Of a stretch of 64,000 nucleotides of DNA, positions 37,161-48,129 are shown piece by piece; position 1 is the first letter of the stretch, and the number at the start of each line of letters is the position of its first letter. The translations under genes were made by a program, and so were the position numbers. Below the pieces are notes generated by a model, which did no database searches, had not been told where the DNA came from, and worked only from the letters and a program-made list of their open reading frames with translations. Source of the stretch: Mobula hypostoma (lineage: Eukaryota); NCBI RefSeq assembly GCF_963921235.1, contig NC_086108.1, positions 92,630,001-92,694,000 of the forward strand. Direction: 5' to 3'.

Positions 37161-38219
37161 ACGTATAATTATTGGAAAGGTGCAGAAAGGAACAACAATG
37201 ACCCAATGGCTTGGCCTCTACAGCTGCCTCTGGCAACAGATTCCACAGATTCGCCACTCTCTGGCTAAAGAGGATCTCTAGTCTTTTGCATCTCTACATT
37301 CCTGTGACCAGTGTTCACTTGTTACAGCCTCTCAGCTGAGTAAAATCTCGCAGGAAGCTACAGACGAGTGACTGCATGGCAATGTGAAATATAATCAACT
37401 GCTACACATTTATCATCCCTGTATCTCTGGGGAAGGACCTTCTACATACAAGGACACTTTGCTTTTGCCACTGCATAGTTGTTTAAGCAGGCAGCCCTCA
37501 AATATAACATTCTATCAGGAATAAATTATTCAGGGCGAGTATCAATTGTTTCTCATATTACCATTGATGGGACTTACACACATCCGTTGTTGACTTGATG
37601 TATCCCTTTCTGGATGGACTAAAGAAACAGAGTTGCATAGGGCAATACTTTGCTTGTATAGAATTTCAAGTTAATAAAACATGCTTTGACCAATTTAGCC
37701 ATAAAAGTTTACAAGAATGTGGAAAGCCATCTGACCCATCATGTATGTACTGCGTTCTATCACACAATACAAAATCAATTGCAGAGCCCAATTTCCTTGT
37801 CTACATGGTACTTCAAGCTTCCATTCTAATGGGCAGTAGATGTCATAGGTGAAAGGTAAAAAAGGAACCTGAGGAGAACTTCGTCACTCAGGGTCTGGTG
37901 CGAATGTGGAAGGAACTGCCAGTGGAAGTGGTAAATCCTGGTTAAGTTGTAGCATTTAAGAAAGATTTGGATAGGTACACAGATGAGAGTGGAATGGATG
38001 GCTATGGTCCAGGTGTGGGTAGATAGGACTAAGCAGAGTAACAGTTTGGCACAGACTAGCTCGGTCAAATGGCCTGTTTCTGCGCTGCCGTTCTCCGTGA
38101 CTCAATCACTTGTTTCCTGATGTTATTTTGACCAGATATGTCAGCTATCTTTGTCTTCCTACAGAAAACATTTTCTGTTCTTATTTCTGATTTTCAAAAA
38201 TGTTTGATGTATAATTTTG

Positions 38220-39810
38220 TGAAGTTCAAAGTAAATATATTATCAAAGTACATATATGTCACCATATACAACTGTGAGATTTCTTTTCTTGTGGATATAC
38301 TCAGTAAATCCAATAACCATAATAGAGTCAATGAAAGTCCAAAGCAACTGGGCATACAATCAGTGTGCAAAAGACAACAAACATTGCAAATACAAAAAGA
38401 AAGAAGAACTTATAATAATAATAACAATAAAAATAATAGTTATAATAAATAAATAAGCAATAAGTATCGAGAACATGAGATGAAGAGTCCTTGAAAATGA
38501 GTCCATAGTTTGTGAGAACTTTTCAGTGATGGGGCAAGTGAAGTTGAGTGAAATTATCCCCTTTGGTTTAAGAGCCTAATGGCTGAGGGGTAGTATTGTG
38601 CCTGAATCTAATGGTGTGAGTCCTGAGGCTCCTGTACGTTCTTCCTGACGGCAGCAGCGAGAAGAGAGCATGGCTTGGGTGGTGGGGGTCCCTGATGATG
38701 GATGCTGCTTTCTTGTGACAATGCTCCATGTATATTGTGCTGAATGGTGGGGAGGACTTTACCGTTGATGGGCTGGTCTATACAATACTTTTTGTAGGAC
38801 TTTCCATTCGAGGGTGTTGGTGTTTCCATACCATGCTGTAATGCAACAAGCCAATATACTGTTCACTACACATCTATAGAAGTTTGTCAAAGTTTTAGAT
38901 GCCATGCCGAATCTTTTCAAAATGCTAAGGAAGTAGAGGCACTGTTGTGTTTTCTTCATAACTGCATTTACATGCTGGGCCCAGGGCATGTCCTCTGAAA
39001 TAATACAGTACCAAGGAATTTAAAGCTGCTGACCCTCTCCACCTCTGATTCCCCAATGAGGACTGGCTCATGGACCTCTGGTTTCCTTCTCCTGAAGTCA
39101 ATAATCAGCTCCTTGGTCTTGCTGACATTGAGTAAGTGGATGTTGTTGTGGCACCAACCAGCCAGATTTTCAGCCTCTCTACTGTCTGCTGATTCATCAC
39201 CACCTTTAGTTGACCTACGATAGTGGTCTTGTCAACAAGCTTGAATATAGCATTGGAGGTGTGCTTAGCCACACAGTCATGGGTGTAGAGCAAGCAGAGA
39301 AGGGGACTAGGCAGACAATCTTGTAGTGCACCTGTACTGATGGAGATCATGAAGGCGATGTTGTTGACAATCCAAACCGGGGTCTGCAAGTGAGGAAATT
39401 AAGGATCCAATTGCACAAGGAGGTATTGAGGCCAAGGTCATGAAGGTTATTGATTAGTTTTGAGAGGATGATAGTATTGAATGCCGAGCTGCAGTCGCTA
39501 AAGACCATCCTGATGTATGCATCTTTGCTATCCAGATGTTCCAGGTTTGAGTGAAGAGCCAATGACATAGCATCTGCGTCGTTTCTCAGGCAGGAGTTGA
39601 TATGTTTCCTCGCCAGCCTCTCAAAACACTTCAACACTCTGCATATACTGTAAGTGCTATTAGATGGCAGTTATTGAGGTGATTTACCACATTCTTCATA
39701 AGCACTATTGTAATTGAAGCCTACTTGAAGCAGATGGGTACCTCAGACAACCAAAGCTAGAGGTTAAAGACCTCAGTGAACACTCCAGCCAGTTGATCAG
39801 CGCAGATCGT
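38220..39810 (-). mobile_element. Rex1/Babar-like LINE fragment
   Basis: ORFs 39347..39637 (KCFERL...SSAFNTI), 39105..39389 and 38759..38989. Confidence 0.82.
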
Positions 39811-39829
39811 CAGGTCTTCCCTGATGGTA

Positions 39830-40630
39830 GTAATAAGAAAAGAGAATGTCCCTGTTGGTGAAGGTCCTTAATAAGAGATCTGTTTTCTTGAGACACTGCT
39901 TCTTGAAGGTGTCCTCGAGGGTGGGAGGGCTGTACCCTGGCTGAATCTATAACCCTTTGCAGCTTTTTGCAGTCCTGTGCATTGAAGCCTCTATATCAGA
40001 CCGTGATGCAACCAGCCAGAATGCTGTCTGCTATACATCTATTGAAATTTGTAAGTGCCTTTGGTGACATACCAAATCTCCTCAAACTCCTAACCACGTG
40101 GAGCTGCTGGCATGCATTCTTCATCATTGCATCAATGTGTTGGGCTCAGGATAGATCCTTTGAGACGTTGATGGCCTGAAAGTTGAAGCTACTCTTTCCA
40201 CCTTTGATACGGAATGTGTTTTCCCAACTTCCCCCTCTTGAAGTCCTTAGTCTGTTCCTTGGTCTTGTTGATGTTGGTTGCGAGGCTATTGTTGCAATAC
40301 CACTCAACCTGCCGGTCTGTTTCACTCCCGTAAACCTTCTCATACCCATCTATGATTCTATCAACAATAAAGGTGTTATTGGTGAACTTACACATGGCTT
40401 TTCACCTCTGCCTAGCCACACAGTCAAGAGTGTACGGAAGGTAGAGCAGTGGGTTAAGCACGCATCTTTAAGGTGTGCCCTTGTTGATAGTTTTAGGTGT
40501 TATGATCTCCGAATAAGGAAACTGAGGATCCAATTCCATAAAGAGATATGGGGGCTCAGGATTTGAAGCTTGGTTATTCATCCTGAAGAAATGATGAACA
40601 CTGAGCTGTAATTGATAAACAGTAGCCTGA
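39830..40630 (-). mobile_element. Degenerate Rex1/Babar-like LINE fragment
   Basis: ORF 40189..40395 (EWYCNNSLATNINKTKE...DFKRG). Confidence 0.7.
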
Positions 40631-41019
40631 CGAATGTCTTGTTCGATATGCCTGGAAGCAGCAGTTTTTCATACATATCCCAGCATGGGTTTAGACCATA
40701 TAAATAAGATTCATGTTTCACGCTGTTGTACATAGTTTTCATACTTGTAGATTAATGAAATGGTGTAACAGAACATTCTTGGCTCTGTTACATGACAACA
40801 CACATTAGTCAATGTTTAATATGAAGCATTTTCTCATTGGACATCTGTGATCACTCCTTAGCTCTACTTTTGCCAGGCAATGATCTGTGTCTACTCCAAG
40901 AACTGTTGTACACTGTGTCCTGATGTCTCATAATTCAATAGCCTGGAACAGTGTATTTATGACTATTGCCAGCTGATGAAAAATACCTCAAGGATGTGTG
41001 CTTAGTCCACTGGTCTAAT

Positions 41020-42060
41020 CTCTCTACACCCACGATTTTGTGGCTAGACACAACTCAAACATCATCTATAATTTTGCCGATGACACAACTATTGTCAGCA
41101 GAATTCCAGATGGTGAAAAGGAGGAGCACAGGAGTGAGATAGATCAGCAGGTTGAGTAGTATTGAAACAACAACCTTGCACTCAACGTCAGTAAGACCAA
41201 GGAATTGATTGTGGACTTCAGGAAGGGGAAGTTAAGGGAACACACGTGGGGCCAGGGGGCCAGAAGAGGAAAGGGTGAGCATTTTCAAGTTCCTCGGTGT
41301 CAACATCTCTGATGATCTATCCTGGGCCCAACATATTGATACAATTACAAAGAAGGCATGTCAGCAGCTATATTTCATTGGGAGTTTGAGGAGATTGGTA
41401 TATCACCAAAGGCACTTGCAAATTTCTACAGATGTACTGTGGAGAGCATTCTAGCTTGTTGCATCACCATCTGGTATGGAGGGGCTACTGCACAGGAACA
41501 GAAAAAGCTGCAGAAAGTTTGCCAGCTCCATCATTAACACGAGCTTCCTCCTGAGGCTTAGATTGATCTTACAGAAAAGGTTGGCACAACATTGTGGGCC
41601 GAAGGGCCAGTACTGTGATGTAATGTTCCTCGGTCTATTAAGTGAGTGCCAGCTATGCCTGTAGATTGTTTTACACTATATCCACACATTCAGCATCAAG
41701 ACCTTCAAAAGGCAATCCTCAAAAAGATGGCATACATCAATAAGGATGCCCATCACCCAGGATATGCCCCCTTCTTATTGCTACCATCAAGGAGGACGAA
41801 CTGAAGCCTGAAACCACACTCTCAATGTTTCAGGAACAGCTTCTTCCCCTCCAGCATCAGATTTCTGGATGGATTAAGAACCCATAAATGCTACCTCAGT
41901 ATTTTTTCCCTTTTTTTGCACCTCTTATTTAATTCAGTTTTCATTTATATATATATTTCTTATTGTAATTTATAACTTTTATCCTCAAGTATTGCAACGT
42001 ACTGCTGCCACAAAACAAGTTTCACGACATATGCCAGTGATATTAAACCTGATTTAGATT
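41020..42060 (+). mobile_element. Rex1/Babar-like LINE 3' fragment with a ~140-bp foreign insert
   Basis: tttgccgatgacacaact (FADDTT), aacgtcagtaagaccaaggaattgattgtggacttcagg; tail gatattaaacctgatt. Confidence 0.8.
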
Positions 42061-42469
42061 CTGTCTGTTGGTGTTGACAGCTCTGCAGAATACCTCCATA
42101 CATTCCAAAATCACTGAAGCTATGTGCTTTCACAGTAATTAAATACAGCTGGATGAAACAGAGAATTATTGACTTTGATCTGGCAAAATTCCCGATTAAG
42201 AAGGGACACTAACATTAAAGGTTATGAGCGACACTGACATGGGTTTGAAATCTTCCAAGGAAAGGGTATGACAACAAATTAGTTTAGTAACTGTACCAAT
42301 TTAGACTGAGTGTAATATATCCCTGTAATAGTTACAAAGCCTTTTAAGGCAAGTGCAAAATATGCTAGTATAAACTGATTAAATAATATGTGAACGTTTA
42401 CAAAAAAGTTTTGTTCTCATTAATTTTTACACCTTGCTGCAAAAGTATTTATTGCACATTATTGCCGTG

Positions 42470-42900
42470 AAGGAGAGGTTTCTTGACAGATGATAAGAGA
42501 CATAAATAGAGTGGATGGCCAAAGCTTTTTTCCTAGGGCAGAAATGGCTAATATGAGGAGGCATAGATTTAAAGTGAGTGGAGGAAAATACAGGGCAGGG
42601 GTTCCCAATTTACCCCTTGCTTAATGGGCCATGGCATAATAAAGATTGGGAACCCCTGGTTCAGGGGGAAGTCAGAGTTAAGTTCTTTACACAGAGAGTG
42701 GTTAGTGTAAGGAATGCCTGCCAGGGATGGTGATAGAGGCAAATACATTAGGGACATTTAAGAAACTCTAGCATAGGCCCATGGATGTTGAAAAAAATGG
42801 AGGGCTATGTGGCGTTAGATTGATCTTAGAAAATGTTAAAATATTGGCACAACATTGTGGGCCGAAGGGCCTGTATTGTGCAGTAATGCTCCATGTACTA
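42470..42900 (+). mobile_element. CR1 3' fragment
   Basis: agagtggatggccaaagc...ttctttacacagagagtgg...ggcacaacattgtgggccgaagggcc. Confidence 0.78.
42596..42658. mobile_element. 63-bp hAT-type micro-MITE
   Basis: Perfect 14-bp TIR CAGGGGTTCCCAAT; degenerate 8-bp TSD ATACAGGG / GTTCAGGG. Confidence 0.78.
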
Positions 42901-43174
42901 TTATATGAGGCCCAACTATGTCTGTGGATTATTTTACACCATAACCACACACTCGGAATATCATGTGTACATTTGTGTTTACATTGGATCGTGGATTTGG
43001 CTTCCTTTCTTTTTTAAAATCTGACCCAGCTATCACTTCAAATCTAATTTCACTTCAGTGCCTCTAAAAAGCAAGATGAAATTGAGCCTTTCAGTTTAGA
43101 AATCCTTTGCATTTCCCAGTCTTCAGAATCTTTCAGTTGATTTAATGTCTATCTCCCTCTTCCATCTTTTCACC

Positions 43175-44005
43175 AGTAGGAAGCAAGGGAAGAAATTCCT
43201 GTGATCCCGGCAGACGTTTGTCTACCTCCCCTAGACACGGGTGAGGTAGCAGAGGACTGGAGGGTGGCCAAGGTTATGCCTTTACTTAAGAAAGGCTGCA
43301 AAGATAAGCCAGGGGACTACAGGCTGGTGAGCAGAACATCAGTGATGGGGACGTATGTTACTGGAGGGAATTCTGAGGAGCTGTCAGTATTTAGAAAGGC
43401 AAGAACTGGTTAGAGATTGTCTGCATGGCTTTATGCATGGGACGTTATGTCATCAGAATTTGACTGAGTTTTTGGAAGAGCTGAGCAAGAAGATTGACAA
43501 GGACAGGGCGATTAATGTTGTGTTCATGGACCTTTTGACCACTTGGTAGATTGGCCCCAAAGGTGAGATCACATGGGATCTGAGGTGAACTAGCCAATTA
43601 GATATAAAATTGGCTTGGTGGAATGAGCAAGTATTGGGTTTGTTTTTCAGATTGAAAACCTGTGATCAATGACATGCTGTGGAGATCAGTGCTGGGTCCA
43701 CTGTTTACAATATATATTAATAATTTAGATTAAAATTAAGGTGAAATATTTAGTAACTCTGAGGAAAACACCAAAATAGGTGGTGTGGTGGACAGTGAAG
43801 AAAGTTAGTCAACTGGGAAAATGACCAAGGAATGACTTGCGGAATGGCAGCACCAAGAGATGCATTTTAGGAACATAAACCTGAGCAGAACTTGCACAGT
43901 AAATGGTGAGGCCTTGGGGAGTATAGAACAGAGAGACCTAGGTGTACGTACATAATTCCCTGAAAATGGCAACACAGGATGGTGAAGAAGGCATTTGGCA
44001 CCCAC
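43175..44005 (+). mobile_element. Old CR1 RT fragment
   Basis: TGEVAEDWRVAKVMPLLKKGCKDKPGDYRLVS; HGFMHGTLCHQNLTEFLE. Confidence 0.8.
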
Positions 44006-46161
44006 ATGAGTTAAAGTTCAAAGTTAAAATTCAAAGTAAATTTTATTATCAAAGTACATATATGTCACCATATACAGCCCTGAGATTCATTTTCTTGTGG
44101 GTATTCTCAGCAAATCTACAAAATAGTAATTATAAGAGTTAATGAAAGACTACCCCCAGCTGGGGCATTCAACCAGAATGCAACAAACTGCGCAAGTGCA
44201 AATACAAATAAATAGCAATAAATAACGAGAACATGAGATGAAGAGTCCTTGAAAGTGACCATTGGTTGTGGAAACATTTCAACGATAGGGCAAGTAAGTT
44301 GAGTGAAGTTATCGCCTTTTGAAGATGACATGTTCTAGCTGTGTAGGATGTTATTGAAACCAGGTGTGTAATATTGTTACAGTTCCAGTCGCCATACTGG
44401 ATGTGATTATGAAGCCAAGAGTTTGACACTAGGGGATCATTCAATAGTCTTAAACCAGCGGGTTAGAAGCTATCCTTGAGCCCAGTGATACATGTTTTCA
44501 GTCTTCCCTATCTTCTACCTGTTGGGAGAGAATGTTCATTGTGGGTAGTGTGGGAGAGGTCTTTGATTATGCTGGCTGCTTTAGTGAGGTCATGGAGTGG
44601 AGGCTGGTTTCCATTACGTGCTGTTGCTCCACAACTCTCAAGTTTCCTGTGGACATATACAGAGCAGTTGCCATGCCAAAGCATTACAGATCCAGATAGC
44701 AACACACATCAAAGTTGCTGGTGAACGCAGCAGGCCAGGCAGCATCTCTAGGAAGAGGTGCAGTCGACGTTTCAGGCCGAGACCCTTCGTCAAGACAAAC
44801 TGAAGGAAGAGTGAGTAAGGGATTTGAAAGTTGGAGGGGGAGGGGGAGATCCAAAATGATAGGAGAAGACAGGAGGGGGAGGGATAGAGCCAAGAGCTGG
44901 ACAGGTGATAGGCAAAAGGGGATACGAGAGGATCATGGGACAGGAGGGCTGGGAAGAAAGACAAGGGGGGGGGACCCAGAGGATGGGCAAGAGGTATATT
45001 CAGAGGGACAGAGGGAGAAAAAGGAGAGTGAGAGAAAGAATGTGTGTGTAAAAATAAGTAACAGATGGGGTACGAGGGGGAGGTGCGGCCTTAGTGGAAG
45101 TTAGAGAAGTCGATGTTCATGCCATCAGGTTGGAGGCTACCCAGACGGAATATAAGGTGTTGTTCTTCCAACCTGAGTGTGGCTTCATCTTTACAGTAGA
45201 GGAGGCCGTGGATAGACATGTCAGAATGGGAATGGGATGTGGAATTAAAATGTGTGGCCACTGGGAGATCCTGCTTTCTCTGGCGGACAGAGCGTAGATG
45301 TTCAGCAAAGCGGTCTCCCAGTCTGCGTCGGGTCTCACCAATATATAAAAGGCCACATCGGGAGCACTGGACGCAGTATATCACCCCAGTCGACTCACAG
45401 GTGAAGTATTGCCTCACCTGGAAGGACTGTTTGGGGCCCTGAATGGTGGTAAGGGAGGAAGTGTAAGGGCATGTGTAGCACTTGTTCCGCTTACACGGAT
45501 AAGTGCCAGGAGGGAGATCAGTGGGGAGGGATGGGGGGGACGAATGGACAAGGGAATTGTGTAGGGAGCGATCCCTACGGAATGCGGGGGGGGGAGGGAA
45601 AGATGTGCTTAGTGGTGGGTTCCCGTTGGAGGTGGCGGAAGTTACGAAGAATAATATGTTGGACCCGGAGGCTGGTGGGGTGGTAGGTGAGGACCAGGGG
45701 AACCCTATTCCTAGTGGGGTGGCAGGAGGATGGAGTGAGAGCAGATGTACGTGAAATGGGGGAGATGCGTTTAAGAGCAGAGTTGATAGTGGAGGAAGGG
45801 AAGCCCCTTTCTTTAAAAAAGGAAGACATCTCCCTCGTCCTAGAATGAAAAGCCTCATCCTGAGAGCAGATGCGGCGGAGACAGAGGAATTGCGAGAAGG
45901 GGATGGCGTTCTTGCAAGAAGAGGAATAGTCCAGATAGCTGTGAGAGTCAGTAGGCTTATAGTAGACATCAGTGGATAAGCTGTCTCCAGAGACAGAGAC
46001 AGAAAGATCTAGAAAGGGGAGGGAGGTGTCGGAAATGGACCAGGTAAACTTGAGGGCAGGGTGAAAGTTGGAGGCAAAGTTAATAAAGTCAACGAGTTCT
46101 GCATGCGTGCAGGAAGCAGCGCCAATGCAGTCATCGATGTAGCGAAGGAAAAGTAGGGGAC

Positions 46162-47800
46162 TTTATCCGCTCAGGGGATCTCCCATCCACTGCTACCAAC
46201 CTTATAGTTCCCACACCCCGCACTTCCTGTTTCTACCTCCTACCCAAGATCCACAAACCTGCCTGTCCTGGCCGACCTATTGTCTCAGTTTGCTCCTGCC
46301 CCACTGAACTCGTTTCTGCATTACTCGACACAGTTTTATCCCCCCTTTGTTCAATCCCTTCCTACCTATGTTCGTGACACTTCTCACGCTCTTAAACTTT
46401 TCGATGATTTTAAGTTCCCTGGCCCCCACCGCTTTATTTTCACCATGGATGTCCAGTCCTTATATACTTCCATCCCCCATCAGGAAGGTCTCAAAGCTCT
46501 CCGCTTCCTTTTGGATTCCAGACCTAATCAGTTCCCCTCTACCACCACTCTGCTCCGTCTAGTGGAATTAGTCCTTACTCTTAACAATTTCTCTTTTGGC
46601 TCCTCCCACTTCCTCCAAACTAAAGGTGTAGCTATGGGCACCCGTATGGGTCCTAGCTATGCCTGCCTTTTTGCTGGGTTTGTGGAACAATCTATGTTCC
46701 GTGCCTATTCTGGTATCTGTCCCCCACTTTTCCTTCGCTACATCGACGACTGCATTGGCGCTGCTTCCTGCACGCATGCAGAACTCGTTGACTTTATTAA
46801 CTTTGCCTCCAACTTTCACCCTGCCCTCAAGTTTACCTGGTCCATTTCCGACACCTCCCTCCCCTTTCTAGATCTTTCTGTCTCTGTCTCTGGAGACAGC
46901 TTATCCACTGATGTCTACTATAAGCCTACTGACTCTCACAGCTACTTGGACTATTCCTCTTCTCACCCTGTCTCTTGCAAAAACGCCATCCCCTTCTCGC
47001 AATTCCTCCGTCTCCGCCGCATCTGCTCTTAGGATGAGGCTTTTCATTCTAGGACGAGGAAGATGTCTTCCTTTTTTAAAGAAAGGGGCTTCCTTTCCTC
47101 CACTATCAACTCTGCTCTTAAACACATCTCCCCCATTTCACGTACATCTGCTCTCACTCCATCCTCCCGCCACCCCACTAGGAATAGGGTTCCCCTGGTC
47201 CTCACCTACCACCCCACCAGCCTCTGGGTCCAACATATTATTCTCCGTAACTTCCGCCACCTCCAACGGGATCCCACCACTGAGCACATCTTTCCCTCCC
47301 CCCCTCTCTCTGCATTCCGCAGGGATCGCTCCCTATGCAACTCCCTTGTCCATTCGTCCCCCCCATCCCTCCCCACTGATCTCCCTCCTGGCACTTATCC
47401 GTGTAAGTGGAACAAGTGCTACACATGCCCTTACACTTCCTCCCTTACCACCATTCAGGGCCCCAAACAGTCCTTCCAGGTGAGGCATCACTTCACCTGT
47501 GAGTCGACTGGGGTGATATACTGCGTCCGGTGCTCCCGATGTGGCCTTTTATATATTGGTGAGACCCGACGCAGACTGGGAGACCGCTTTGCTGAACATC
47601 TACGCTCTGTCCGCCAGAGAAAGCAGGATCTCCCAGTGGCCACACATTTTAATTCCACATCCCATTCTGACATGTCTATCCACGGCCTCCTCTACTGTAA
47701 AGATGAAGCCACACTCAGGTTGGAGGAACAACACCTTATATTCCGTCTGGGTAGCCTCCAACCTGATGGCATGAACATCGACTTCTCTAACTTCCACTAA
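46162..47800 (+). pseudogene. PLE polyprotein (5'-truncated): RT, Cys-rich linker, GIY-YIG endonuclease
   Basis: MDVQSLYTSIPH, GVAMGTRMGPSYA, RYIDD, PFLDL, CKWNKCYTC, VIYCVRCSRCGLLYIGET. ORFs 46280..47032 and 47063..47800 share a frame and are split by one TAG (CAG in sister copies); probable frameshift near 46320. Confidence 0.9.
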
Positions 47801-48093
47801 GGCCCCACATCCCCCTCGTACCCCATCTGTTACTTATTTTTATGCACACATTCTTTCTCTCACTCTCCTTTTTCTCCCTCTGTCCCTCTGAATATACCTC
47901 TTGCCCATCCTCTGGGTCCCCCCCCCTTGTCTTTCTTCCCAGCCCTCCTGTCCCATGATCCTCTCGTATCCCCTTTTGCCTATCACCTGTCCAGCTCTTG
48001 GCTCTATCCCTCCCCCTCCTGTCTTCTCCTATCATTTTGGATCTCCCCCTCCCCCTCCAACTTTCAAATCCCTTACTCACTCTTCCTTCAGTT

Positions 48094-48129
48094 AGTCCTG
48101 ACGAAGGGTCTCGGCCTGAAACGTCGACT
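48094..48129 (+). ncRNA. Minimal hammerhead ribozyme motif
   Basis: agtc-CTGACGA-agggtctcggcct-GAAA-cgTC-gact; the mirror copy at 44762-44797 (minus) has C3>U. Confidence 0.75.

Noticed and set aside
47030..47032. In-frame stop between RT and GIY-YIG as programmed read-through or selenocysteine
   Set aside because: It is TAG, not TGA, and sister copies have CAG, so it is a simple C>T mutation
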